64,000 bases of DNA from an uncultured Bacteroidales bacterium (GTDB lineage: Bacteria; Bacteroidota; Bacteroidia; Bacteroidales; ML635J-15): contig CAJOIT010000002.1 of the NCBI GenBank assembly GCA_905234755.1, forward strand, positions 26,405 through 90,404. The letters are read 5' to 3'. A program made the translations under genes and the position numbers. Shown here piece by piece: positions 8,879 through 18,136 of this stretch. Under the pieces are notes generated by a model. That model did not search any database, was not told the DNA's origin, and saw only the letters and a program-made list of their open reading frames with translations. The stretch's first letter is position 1. Each line of letters begins with the position of its first letter.

Positions 8879-9654
8879 TGAACTATTTCATGCAGCATAA
8901 GGAAGCTTTTATCGGTTCGGCAATATTTGTTATTGCTGTACTGCTTTTCCTTTTGCTCTGCGGGCTGAAAATGCCGGATCCCCCATTAGTGGAGGAATGC
9001 ATACTATTAGACTTTTCAACTCCTACAGAGGAGTCAACATTACTTGATACCAGAGGTGGCGGCGGAAATCCCAACGCAGGAGCATCGACCGCTAATGCAA
9101 CTACAAGCAATCAAAATACCTCTACACAAAACTCAAATTCAAACTCAAACTCAAATCCCAGCGTCGAATCTCAGGCCTTCGAGGATGCTGCGCCCCTCCC
9201 ATCAGGTAATGATAGCAAAAGTGAAACAACAGAAAACACTGAACCAACGCCGACATCGAGGACTGAAGGTCGCGTCAACTTTGGCGGACTTGCTGGCGGA
9301 AACGCTTCGGGCAATGGCGGAAGCGGTTCGGGCAGCGGCAACCCTGGTTGGGGTGGCGGAAGCGGCTCGGGCGGCGGAAGCGGAAATGGTCCCGGCGGTA
9401 TCGGCGGAAGCATAGGCAACCGCAAGGTTACCAAGGTCTTGCCCGAAAACAAGGACAATATGACTGGAACAGTAAAACTCAAGATAACTGTCAACGAAAA
9501 AGGAATCGTAGAAACTGCTGAACCTGCAAGCGGAACAACATGTAGCGAGTGCGTACCTTTCGCAATCAAAGCCGTTAAGCAATGGAAATACGAAGCCAAG
9601 CCTGGAAGCGGCACACAGACAGGAATTGTCACAGTTGAATTTAAACTGAAGTAA
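8878..9654 (+). CDS. tonB: TonB-family energy transducer with a low-complexity N/S/G linker
   Basis: N-terminal TM helix, an Asn/Ser/Thr/Gly-rich linker, and a C-terminal TonB_C-like domain (GTVKLKITVNEKGIVE...VEFKLK). Confidence 0.7.
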   Translation: MNYFMQHKEAFIGSAIFVIAVLLFLLLCGLKMPDPPLVEECILLDFSTPTEESTLLDTRGGGGNPNAGASTANATTSNQNTSTQNSNSNSNSNPSVESQAFEDAAPLPSGNDSKSETTENTEPTPTSRTEGRVNFGGLAGGNASGNGGSGSGSGNPGWGGGSGSGGGSGNGPGGIGGSIGNRKVTKVLPENKDNMTGTVKLKITVNEKGIVETAEPASGTTCSECVPFAIKAVKQWKYEAKPGSGTQTGIVTVEFKLK

Positions 9655-9658
9655 TCCA

Positions 9659-10762
9659 ATGAAAACAACAAGATTTGAAATTATTATCGCACTGATAATA
9701 AGCGTTTTGTTGTGCAATTCCTGCAAAAATGACAACGGCTTTACAATAGATGGACAAATATCCAATTGCTCAAATTGCAACATCGTGCTGGAAAAACTTT
9801 CTCCGATGAAAATAGATACCGTTGCGAGTGCAAATTCGGGATTCAACGGAAAATTTAGTATTACCTACAACGATAGCATACGACATTTATACAGAATCAG
9901 AATAAACAATGCTACTCCAATACATATTTGCGCAGTCAATGGCGAAAGCATTTCATTATCAGCAGACTTCAACAATATAACCGATTATTCAATATCAGGC
10001 ACAACCGATTGCGAAGAACTGAAGCGACTAAATGTCAGAATGATAGAAAGCACGCAAAAGGTTGAAGAACTGCGAAGTACTGTAAGCCAGCAATTCGGCA
10101 TCGACAAGGCAAGTCTCGAAAAAAACAACCACATTGCCGACAGCTTATACCAGAGCGACAAACAGTTTATTACCGATTTCATTAAGAAAAATCACGAGTC
10201 ACCGATAATATATTTTGCCCTGCACCAATATGTTTCGACTACGCCGATAATGCAACTCCCTGCCGACTACGAAACCTACAAGTATGTTCTTGATGAAATG
10301 AAAGCTCACAATCCCGACCTTGAGGAAACTCGCTACCTTGAATCGGAAGTCAAGCGCTTCGAATTGCAGCAGGAACAACAAAATCGGCAATATGTAAACC
10401 TAACCGAAGGTTCTCCCGCTCCTGACTTTTCGCTACCCGATGAAAACGGTGAAAAGATTTGTCTCGCCGATTTCAAAGGCAAGGATATAACATTGTGCTT
10501 CTGGGCATCGTGGGAGAAAAAATCGGTTACTGCAATACAAAAATACCTAGCAGAAAACACCGACAGACAAATTATCCTTATTTCCCTCGACACCAATCGC
10601 GAACAATGGCTTCAGGCAATAAAGTTCCACAAATTAGGCAACGCAACAAATCTATGCGACTTCAAGTCGTGGGAAAGCATAACCGCAAAACTCTACGGAA
10701 TAAAAACTATTCCAACATTTGTGGAAATTTCGGAGGAAGGAAGGATTGAGAAGATTCAATGA
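9659..10762 (+). CDS. TlpA/AhpC-like thioredoxin-fold lipoprotein lacking the CXXC motif
   Basis: Lipobox LLCNSC and a DUF4369-like N-terminal domain. The thioredoxin-fold segment reads APDFSLPDENG..FKGKDITLCFWASWEKKS, where the canonical sequence is WASWCGPC. Confidence 0.7.
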   Translation: MKTTRFEIIIALIISVLLCNSCKNDNGFTIDGQISNCSNCNIVLEKLSPMKIDTVASANSGFNGKFSITYNDSIRHLYRIRINNATPIHICAVNGESISLSADFNNITDYSISGTTDCEELKRLNVRMIESTQKVEELRSTVSQQFGIDKASLEKNNHIADSLYQSDKQFITDFIKKNHESPIIYFALHQYVSTTPIMQLPADYETYKYVLDEMKAHNPDLEETRYLESEVKRFELQQEQQNRQYVNLTEGSPAPDFSLPDENGEKICLADFKGKDITLCFWASWEKKSVTAIQKYLAENTDRQIILISLDTNREQWLQAIKFHKLGNATNLCDFKSWESITAKLYGIKTIPTFVEISEEGRIEKIQ

Positions 10763-10804
10763 TTCAAATTCTCCAATCATAAATCGCAAATCGTAAATTT
10801 CATT
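10763..10804 (+). repeat. 6 in-phase heptads TCNNAAA starting at the first nt after the stop codon
   Basis: TTCAAAT TCTCCAA TCATAAA TCGCAAA TCGTAAA TTTCATT. Confidence 0.7.
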
Positions 10805-10811
10805 ATCTTTG
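10804..10811 (+). promoter_or_regulatory. -7 box TATCTTTG upstream of lon
   Basis: TAnnTTTG match 70 nt upstream of the ATG at 10882. Confidence 0.45.
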
Positions 10812-10881
10812 GCACACGGATTGCCCATATAGGGTGCGTGATTAAAAATTAAGAATTAAGTGCCATTTTGACATATTTTTT

Positions 10882-13329
10882 ATGAACAAATTTGACGACT
10901 ACAGATTGATGTCCGATGTGGAAGAAGGCGAAAGCATTATTCCTATTTTTACGGATGTGATAAAGAAAACTGATGATTTAAAGGACTTTCCTGAATTTCT
11001 GCCGATACTACCGCTTAGGAACTCGGTGCTGTTTCCAGGAGTCGTACTGCCAATAAACATTGGCAGAGAAAAATCCTTCAAATTAATACGCAACATACAG
11101 AAAACCACAAGGATTTTTGGTGCATTGTCGCAAATTGACGCAGAGGTAGAAGACCCGAAATACTCCGACTTGCACAAAATCGGTACAGTAGCCGAAATAC
11201 TGAAGGTTATCGAAATGCCAGACAACACCATTTCGGTCATAATCCAAGGAAAATCAAGGTTTGAAGTGTTGGAATACACAAGCGATGACCCGTATTTCAC
11301 TGCAAGGGTGCGCTATCTGAAGGAATCGCCGGATGTACGCAAAGACAACGATATGGATGCCATAATATCCTCAATAAAAGACATTTCCATAAAGATTGTC
11401 CGCATGACACAAAATGCTCCGGGCGAACTGGCATTTGCATTGAAAAACATTGACAACCCGACTTTCCTTGTAAACTACATTGCAACAAACTGCAACTGCA
11501 CCAACGATGAAAAACAGTCGCTTCTTGAAACCAACGAACTGAAGCAGAGAGCAATAAACCTTCTTCGCCTGCTCAACGAGCAAAAGCAGTTCCTTGACCT
11601 CAAGAACGAAATTCAAGGCAAGGTAAAGAAGGATATGGACAAGCAACAGCGCGAATACCTTCTTAATCAACAAATTAAAACCATACAGGAAGAACTTGGC
11701 GGTTCTCCTTACGAAAAAGAAATCGCTGAACTGCGCGAAAAAGGCAACAAGAAAAAATGGAGCAAGGAAATAGGCGAAGTTTTTGAATCTGAGCTGAAAA
11801 AACTTGAACAGTTGAACCCAATGTCGGCAGAATTTTCGGTGCAGATGAACTATGTTCATGTGTTCGTCGATTTGCCATGGAACGAATATACCAAGGACAA
11901 TTTCAACCTTAAACATGCCCAAAAAGTCCTTGACCGTGACCATTTTGGACTGGATGAAGTTAAAGACCGCATTCTCGAACACCTTGCAGTTCTGAAACTT
12001 AAGGGCGACTTGAAATCTCCGATTCTCTGCCTCTATGGCCCTCCGGGAGTCGGCAAGACCTCGCTTGGCAAGAGCATCGCTGACGCACTTGGCAGAAAAT
12101 ATGTCAGAATGTCACTTGGTGGTCTGCACGATGAAGCAGAAATTCGTGGACATCGCCGTACATATATTGGTGCAATGCCAGGAAGAATTTTGCAGAACAT
12201 AAACAAGGCAAAATCATCAAACCCAGTTTTCATCCTTGATGAAATCGACAAGGTTGGTAACGACTATAAGGGCGACCCATCATCGGCATTGCTCGAAGTA
12301 CTTGACCCGGAACAGAATACCGAGTTCCACGACAATTTCATCGACCAAGAGTACGACTTGTCGAAGGTAATGTTCATCGCTACGGCAAACAACATTTCGA
12401 CCATAAATCCCGCCCTTCGCGACAGGATGGAAATGATTGAAATCAGCGGTTACATTACCGAAGAAAAGCTAGAAATTGCAAAGCGTCACCTTATTCCAAA
12501 GGAGTTTGACAACCACGGAATTAAGAAATACAAAATCAAGGTTGACGATTCAGCAATCCAGAAAATTATAGAGGACTACACCCGCGAATCAGGAGTTCGC
12601 GCCCTCGACAAGCAGATTGCAAAACTGGCTCGCCGTCTTGCAAAAGCCATCGGACTGGATGAAGAATATCCAAAGACCATCACAGCCGAGAACCTTGAAA
12701 CTTTCATCGGCAAACCGCTATTCCACCGTGACATGTACGAAGAACAGGAATATGCCGGCGTGGTCACTGGACTTGCATGGACGGCTGTCGGCGGCGAAAT
12801 CCTCTACATCGAGACAAGTCTTTCGGCTGGTGATGGCAAGATGACGCTCACTGGCAACCTCGGCGATGTGATGAAGGAATCGGCAAAACTGGCTATGGAA
12901 TATGTAAAAGCACATGCCGATGTACTTGGCATTAAGCCAGAAGTCTTCAACAAGTGGAACATCCACCTGCATGTGCCCGAAGGCGCAATTCCAAAGGACG
13001 GCCCATCAGCTGGTATCACAATGGCAACCGCTATTGCATCGGCATATACCCAGCGCAAAGTGAAGTCGCACATTGCAATGACGGGCGAAATCACCCTTCG
13101 TGGAAAAGTTCTGCCGGTAGGCGGAATCAAGGAAAAGATACTTGCAGCAAAACGCGCAGGAATCACCGAAATCATACTTTCGCGCGAGAACGAAAAGGAC
13201 ATCAACGACATAAAGCCAATTTACCTCGAAGGAGTTGAATTCCATTATGTTGATACTGTTTCCGATGTATTCAAACTTGCCATTACTGACAAAAAAGTAA
13301 AGAACGCTAAAAAACTCGACACAAAATAA
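10882..13329 (+). CDS. lon: ATP-dependent Lon protease (endopeptidase La)
   Basis: 815 aa with an LON N-domain, Walker A GPPGVGKTS, and protease motif PKDGPSAGITMATA with the catalytic Ser. Confidence 0.95.
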   Translation: MNKFDDYRLMSDVEEGESIIPIFTDVIKKTDDLKDFPEFLPILPLRNSVLFPGVVLPINIGREKSFKLIRNIQKTTRIFGALSQIDAEVEDPKYSDLHKIGTVAEILKVIEMPDNTISVIIQGKSRFEVLEYTSDDPYFTARVRYLKESPDVRKDNDMDAIISSIKDISIKIVRMTQNAPGELAFALKNIDNPTFLVNYIATNCNCTNDEKQSLLETNELKQRAINLLRLLNEQKQFLDLKNEIQGKVKKDMDKQQREYLLNQQIKTIQEELGGSPYEKEIAELREKGNKKKWSKEIGEVFESELKKLEQLNPMSAEFSVQMNYVHVFVDLPWNEYTKDNFNLKHAQKVLDRDHFGLDEVKDRILEHLAVLKLKGDLKSPILCLYGPPGVGKTSLGKSIADALGRKYVRMSLGGLHDEAEIRGHRRTYIGAMPGRILQNINKAKSSNPVFILDEIDKVGNDYKGDPSSALLEVLDPEQNTEFHDNFIDQEYDLSKVMFIATANNISTINPALRDRMEMIEISGYITEEKLEIAKRHLIPKEFDNHGIKKYKIKVDDSAIQKIIEDYTRESGVRALDKQIAKLARRLAKAIGLDEEYPKTITAENLETFIGKPLFHRDMYEEQEYAGVVTGLAWTAVGGEILYIETSLSAGDGKMTLTGNLGDVMKESAKLAMEYVKAHADVLGIKPEVFNKWNIHLHVPEGAIPKDGPSAGITMATAIASAYTQRKVKSHIAMTGEITLRGKVLPVGGIKEKILAAKRAGITEIILSRENEKDINDIKPIYLEGVEFHYVDTVSDVFKLAITDKKVKNAKKLDTK

Positions 13330-14594
13330 TGCAACGCAATCGCACCGACATTGACCTCATGGCTCCAGTTGGCTCATACGAGTCGCTGATGGCAGCAATA
13401 CAAGCTGGAAGCAATTCCATATACTTTGGTATTGAGCAACTTAACATGCGCGCCCGCTCGTCAAACAACTTCACTTTCGATGACTTGCGCAACATTGTAT
13501 CGATATGCGAAGAGCACAATGTCAGAACCTACCTCACCGTAAATACTATTATCTACGACGAGGAAATGGAAAAGATGCACAAGGTTGTGGATGCTGCCGC
13601 AGAAAACCATGTCACAGCCATAATTGCCTCCGACATTGCCGTTATGCAGTACGCCCGCAGCAAAGGCGTTGAAGTTCACGCATCAACACAATTGAACATT
13701 TCAAACATTGAGGCGGTTACATTTTTTGCGCAGTATTGCGATGTAATGGTTACGGCACGCGAACTAAGCCTCGACCAAGTGAAATACATCACCGAGCAGA
13801 TTCGCCAACGCGACATCCGTGGACCAAAGGGCGAACTTGTAAAGATTGAGATTTTCTGCCATGGTGCATTGTGTATGGCTGTTTCTGGTAAATGTTATCT
13901 AAGTTTACACGAATACAACCACTCTGCAAACCGAGGAGCATGCTTGCAGGCATGCCGCAGAGCTTACAGCGTTACCGACATCGAAAGTGGCGATGAACTC
14001 GAAATCGACAACAAGTACATCATGTCGCCAAAAGACTTGTGTACAATCGGTTTCGTGAACAAAATCATCGATGCAGGCGTAAGCGTACTGAAAATTGAAG
14101 GTCGCGCCCGCTCCTGCGAATATGTCAAGACGGTTGTGGAATGCTACAATGAAGCACTGAATTCCTGCTTTGATGGAACCTACGACCGCGAAAAGATTGA
14201 TGGTTGGAAGAAACGCTTGGAAACGGTCTTCAACCGAGGATTCTGGGACGGTTACTACATGGGACAACGACTTGGCGAATGGTCTGAAGTTTACGGATCG
14301 AGAGCTACAAAAACCAAAGTATATCTTGGCAAAGTTCTCAACTTCTTCTCGAAGATAAATGTCGCAGAAATAAAACTCGAAACCGCTGAAGAACTGAATG
14401 TCGGTGATGAAATCCTGATAACAGGCACAACCACAGGCGCTTTGCAACAGACAGTAGACGAAATCCGCGAAGACTTGAAGCCAGTGCAAAAGGTTGTGCA
14501 AGGTTCGCTGTTCTCAATAAAGACAAATGATGTTGTCCGCCGCGGCGACAAGCTATATAGGATTGTTGATACACAATTTGCAAGTTGCGAGTAA
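13329..14594 (+). CDS. Peptidase U32 family protein (RlhA/TrhP-type candidate RNA hydroxylase)
   Basis: 421 aa. U32 signature region EIFCHGALCMAVSGKCYLS..NRGAC.QACR. The start overlaps the lon stop (TAATG). Confidence 0.8.
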   Translation: MQRNRTDIDLMAPVGSYESLMAAIQAGSNSIYFGIEQLNMRARSSNNFTFDDLRNIVSICEEHNVRTYLTVNTIIYDEEMEKMHKVVDAAAENHVTAIIASDIAVMQYARSKGVEVHASTQLNISNIEAVTFFAQYCDVMVTARELSLDQVKYITEQIRQRDIRGPKGELVKIEIFCHGALCMAVSGKCYLSLHEYNHSANRGACLQACRRAYSVTDIESGDELEIDNKYIMSPKDLCTIGFVNKIIDAGVSVLKIEGRARSCEYVKTVVECYNEALNSCFDGTYDREKIDGWKKRLETVFNRGFWDGYYMGQRLGEWSEVYGSRATKTKVYLGKVLNFFSKINVAEIKLETAEELNVGDEILITGTTTGALQQTVDEIREDLKPVQKVVQGSLFSIKTNDVVRRGDKLYRIVDTQFASCE

Positions 14595-15457
14595 TGGAAA
14601 TCTGCATCCACGACCTCTGGAACGAATACGAACTCATTGACTGTGGCAATGGTCGCAAACTTGAGCGTTTCGGTGAAATTACCCTCATCCGCCCCGAAAT
14701 ATCAGCCACAGGCAAACCACATCTTTCCGAAACACAATGGAAGGAAATGGCGAATGCAGAATTTGTAGAGACATCAAAAAAATCGGGAAAATGGAACATT
14801 TTCAAGCAAAATCCTGAAACATGGCAGATGTCGTACAATTCGCCATCGGGAATTCGGCTTACAGCCAAACTTTCGCTGACAACATCGAAACATATCGGCA
14901 TATTTCCCGAACAAGTCATAAACTGGCAGTTCATCGACCGCGAACATGGGGACTTCGGAAGCGAAAGTTTTCTCAACTTATTCGGTTACACAGGATTATC
15001 CACAGTTTTCGCATCCAATTTCTTTGAAAAAGCAACACACATCGACTCTATACGCAAGATGGTTGAATGGACTCGTAGCAACGCAGAATGCTCTGGCAGA
15101 AGTAACATACGCCTCATCACCGAAGATGCCCAGAAGTTTGTAGAACGCGAAATCAAGCGTGGAAACACCTATGACGGCATAATCCTCGACCCGCCAGCCA
15201 TTGGCAGCGGAGCAAAGAACGAAAAGTGGATTTTTGACGAAATGATTGAAAATCTGCTGACTAATGTAAACCAGATTGCAAAACGCAAATCATTCATAAT
15301 AATGAACCTCTACACGCATTCGGTTTTCGGCATGGACATCCACGAACTACTGCACAAATGCTTTCCAAATCACAACATCGAAATTTGCGAGGAAGTAAAA
15401 AGCACATCAATATACGGTGGGAAAATAAGCCACGGAATATTTTTGTGGATGAAGTAA
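14594..15457 (+). CDS. Class I SAM-dependent methyltransferase (RlmI/RlmK-like, PF10672-type)
   Basis: Motif I LNLFGYTGLSTVFAS and motif IV DGIILDPPA. The ORF-track start at 14585 is TTG. The ATG at 14594 overlaps the U32 stop (TAATG). Confidence 0.7.
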   Translation: MEICIHDLWNEYELIDCGNGRKLERFGEITLIRPEISATGKPHLSETQWKEMANAEFVETSKKSGKWNIFKQNPETWQMSYNSPSGIRLTAKLSLTTSKHIGIFPEQVINWQFIDREHGDFGSESFLNLFGYTGLSTVFASNFFEKATHIDSIRKMVEWTRSNAECSGRSNIRLITEDAQKFVEREIKRGNTYDGIILDPPAIGSGAKNEKWIFDEMIENLLTNVNQIAKRKSFIIMNLYTHSVFGMDIHELLHKCFPNHNIEICEEVKSTSIYGGKISHGIFLWMK

Positions 15458-15484
15458 TAATTTAGGAAATTCAAAACAATTCAT

Positions 15485-15492
15485 TACTTTTG
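15485..15492 (+). promoter_or_regulatory. -7 box TACTTTTG
   Basis: TAnnTTTG match 26 nt upstream of the ATG at 15519. Confidence 0.5.
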
Positions 15493-15518
15493 CCTAAACA
15501 GTATATAATATATTCAAT

Positions 15519-16205
15519 ATGAAAAACATATTTAAAACAATAATCGCATCATTAATACTAATATTAATATTACTACCTAGCTGCATAATTATTGAATATC
15601 ACCCCGAACATGATAAGGGAAGATATATAGGTATATGGGCGATAATGGAATCCGACTCAAAAATAATAAAGGATGGTAATTTGATAATTAGAACATCCAT
15701 AAATGATTTGGATTATCACGAAGTAACAACTGACAAGAACAACAATCAGGTATTGAGTGATGAAACATGGACTATCGGAATTGATACTATCGAAAACGGA
15801 CACGGAAGGTTCCTTAAGGACTGCGATTTGAATTTCTATGACGAAAATACTATGATAAAGATGCTTATATACAAACATATTGATACTATTGAAAACACAG
15901 ATACGACAATAATAACAACTATCAAGAAGAGATACGAAGGAGATTGGCAGGTATATAAGAAGGAAAATCGCCATGATAAGACCAAGATAGTATTTACGAT
16001 AAACCACACAGAGATTGACACATGCTATGAAAAATATACATCAGACGGATTTGTTGATGACGAAGTAATAAACAATGGCTACTGGGGCAGTGGTTCATGG
16101 ACTTACGAAGTTGAAAAAATAAAAGGAGGCCTTAAGCTTTCCGGAACTTATGTGAATGAAGACGAATACGGATACGAAAACCTTGTGCTTAAGAAATCCT
16201 TTTAG
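15519..16205 (+). CDS. Hypothetical lipoprotein, visibly AT-rich ORFan
   Basis: Signal/lipobox LILILILLPSC. I recognise no family motif. The composition is clearly more AT-rich than the neighbouring genes. Confidence 0.55.
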   Translation: MKNIFKTIIASLILILILLPSCIIIEYHPEHDKGRYIGIWAIMESDSKIIKDGNLIIRTSINDLDYHEVTTDKNNNQVLSDETWTIGIDTIENGHGRFLKDCDLNFYDENTMIKMLIYKHIDTIENTDTTIITTIKKRYEGDWQVYKKENRHDKTKIVFTINHTEIDTCYEKYTSDGFVDDEVINNGYWGSGSWTYEVEKIKGGLKLSGTYVNEDEYGYENLVLKKSF

Positions 16206-16262
16206 CATGCACAATACACGAATTACAGCACAACAAACTATGTAAAGAAGTAAAAAACGTAT

Positions 16263-18095
16263 ATGAACAAAGTTAGAGAAATTCCCATAGAAGAATTTTT
16301 CCGCAATTCGGAAAAATCATCGTTCGACATTTCGCCAGACGGCAAACACATTTCGTACATGGCTCCGTATAAGTCGAGAATGAACATTTTTGTAAGTGGC
16401 ATCGACTTGGCAGAACCACATCAAATAACTTTCGAGGAAGAGCGCGATGTGGCCGGCTACATGTGGGCTAATAACAACCGAATCCTTTTTATGAAGGACG
16501 ATGGTGGAGATGAAAATTTCCAACTTTACGGCGTTGATGCCGATGGTTCCGATATGCGTCCCTATACCAAGATGAAAGGCGTCCGCACCCACATTCTTGA
16601 CGACCTCGAAGAAATTGACGATGAGATTCTTATAGAGACCAACCAGCGCAATCCTGAGATTTTCGACCCATACAGGCTAAACCTCAAAACAGGCGAAATG
16701 ACTATGCTCGCCGAAAATCCAGGCAATATTCAAGCGTGGATGACCGACCATGACGGAAAACTGCGAATCGCCTACTCCATCGTTGATGGTGTAAACCAGG
16801 AAATGCTTTACCGCGATACCGAGGACGAGGATTTCCGCCCCGTTATAAGAACTTCGTTCCGCGAGGATGTTTCGGCAATCGTCTTTACTGCCGACAACAA
16901 AAATGTCTATGCAATTACAAACCTCGGTCGCGACAAGTCGGCTCTTGTGCTGATGAATCCAGCAACAGCCGAGGAACTTGAGGAAATATTTACCAACGAC
17001 CGCTACGACATTTCTGGCGTTGGATGGTCGAACCTACGCAAAAAATTGACAGCTGTTTCGTATGTTGGTCACAAAGATACGGTACGGCATTTCTTTGATG
17101 CCGAGGCAGAACGCATCAACACAAGGCTTACCGCAGCCTTCCCTAATCATAAATTCGGCACCGCCGCCACCAACAAGGCAGAGGACATGAGAATAATCTA
17201 TGCAGGCAACGACCGCACTCGCGGCGCATACTACCTATACGATGTCAAAGCCGACAAGCTCAGCAAGATAGCCGATTTGTCACCATGGCTAAAGGAGGAA
17301 GAACTATCGCCGATGATTCCAGTGGTTTACACTTCGCGCGACGGCCTGCAAATAGAAGCATACCTGACCTTGCCAAACGGCTACTCGCTTGAAACAGCAA
17401 AAGGACTTCCTACCATCGTTATCCCCCATGGCGGACCTTGGGCACGCGACTATTGGGGCTACGATTCTGAAGTGCAATTCCTTGCAAATAGAGGTTATGC
17501 CGTATTTCAAATGAATTTCCGCGGTTCTACTGGCTACGGACGCAAGTTTAAGGAATTGTCGTACAAGCAATGGGGACAAACCATGCAAGACGACATTACC
17601 GATGGCGTTATGTGGCTCATTGACAATGGATATGCTGACCCAAAGCGAATTGCAATCTACGGCGGAAGTTATGGCGGATATGCAACCTTGCAAGCCTTGG
17701 TAAAAACGCCAGAACTTTTTGCCTGCGGTGTTGATTATGTTGGTGTTTCAAATCTTTTTACCTTCATGAATACAATTCCGCCATACTGGAAGCCGATGCT
17801 TGAAATGATGTACGAGCAGGTTGGCAATCCAGAAATCGACAAGGAAATGCTTGCAGAGAACTCCCCTGCCCTGAATGCCGACAAGATTGTCCGTCCGCTA
17901 TTTATTGCACAGGGTGCTAATGACCCACGCGTCAACAAGGCAGAATCTGACCAAATGGTTGATGCTTTGCGCAAACGAGGCGTAGATGTTGACTACATGG
18001 TGAAGGACAACGAAGGACATGGATTCCACAACGAGGAAAACAGATTTGAATTCTACCACGCAATGGAAAAATTCTTGAAAAAATACATGAAATAG
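16263..18095 (+). CDS. S9 family serine peptidase (prolyl oligopeptidase / dipeptidyl aminopeptidase type)
   Basis: N-terminal beta-propeller-like region. C-terminal alpha/beta hydrolase with the nucleophile motif GGSYGGY, then GANDPRV and EGHGF. Confidence 0.85.
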   Translation: MNKVREIPIEEFFRNSEKSSFDISPDGKHISYMAPYKSRMNIFVSGIDLAEPHQITFEEERDVAGYMWANNNRILFMKDDGGDENFQLYGVDADGSDMRPYTKMKGVRTHILDDLEEIDDEILIETNQRNPEIFDPYRLNLKTGEMTMLAENPGNIQAWMTDHDGKLRIAYSIVDGVNQEMLYRDTEDEDFRPVIRTSFREDVSAIVFTADNKNVYAITNLGRDKSALVLMNPATAEELEEIFTNDRYDISGVGWSNLRKKLTAVSYVGHKDTVRHFFDAEAERINTRLTAAFPNHKFGTAATNKAEDMRIIYAGNDRTRGAYYLYDVKADKLSKIADLSPWLKEEELSPMIPVVYTSRDGLQIEAYLTLPNGYSLETAKGLPTIVIPHGGPWARDYWGYDSEVQFLANRGYAVFQMNFRGSTGYGRKFKELSYKQWGQTMQDDITDGVMWLIDNGYADPKRIAIYGGSYGGYATLQALVKTPELFACGVDYVGVSNLFTFMNTIPPYWKPMLEMMYEQVGNPEIDKEMLAENSPALNADKIVRPLFIAQGANDPRVNKAESDQMVDALRKRGVDVDYMVKDNEGHGFHNEENRFEFYHAMEKFLKKYMK

Positions 18096-18096
18096 G

Positions 18097-18136
18097 AAAA
18101 AGTAGGGGCAGGTTTGAAACCTACCCCTACTTTTTC
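18097..18136. terminator. Bidirectional intrinsic terminator between convergent genes
   Basis: AAAAAGTAGGGGCAGGT-TTGAA-ACCTACCCCTACTTTTT. The stem has one mismatch and is flanked by A and T runs. Confidence 0.8.

Noticed and set aside
9171-9846. 166-aa and 214-aa minus-strand ORFs opposite tonB.
   Set aside because: They are generated by the GC-rich Gly/Ser repeat coding region. The plus-strand frame has a TonB C-terminal domain and operon coupling.
13905-14976. 198-aa and 212-aa minus-strand ORFs opposite the U32 and methyltransferase genes.
   Set aside because: The sense-strand genes have clear family motifs and TAATG coupling. The antisense ORFs have none.
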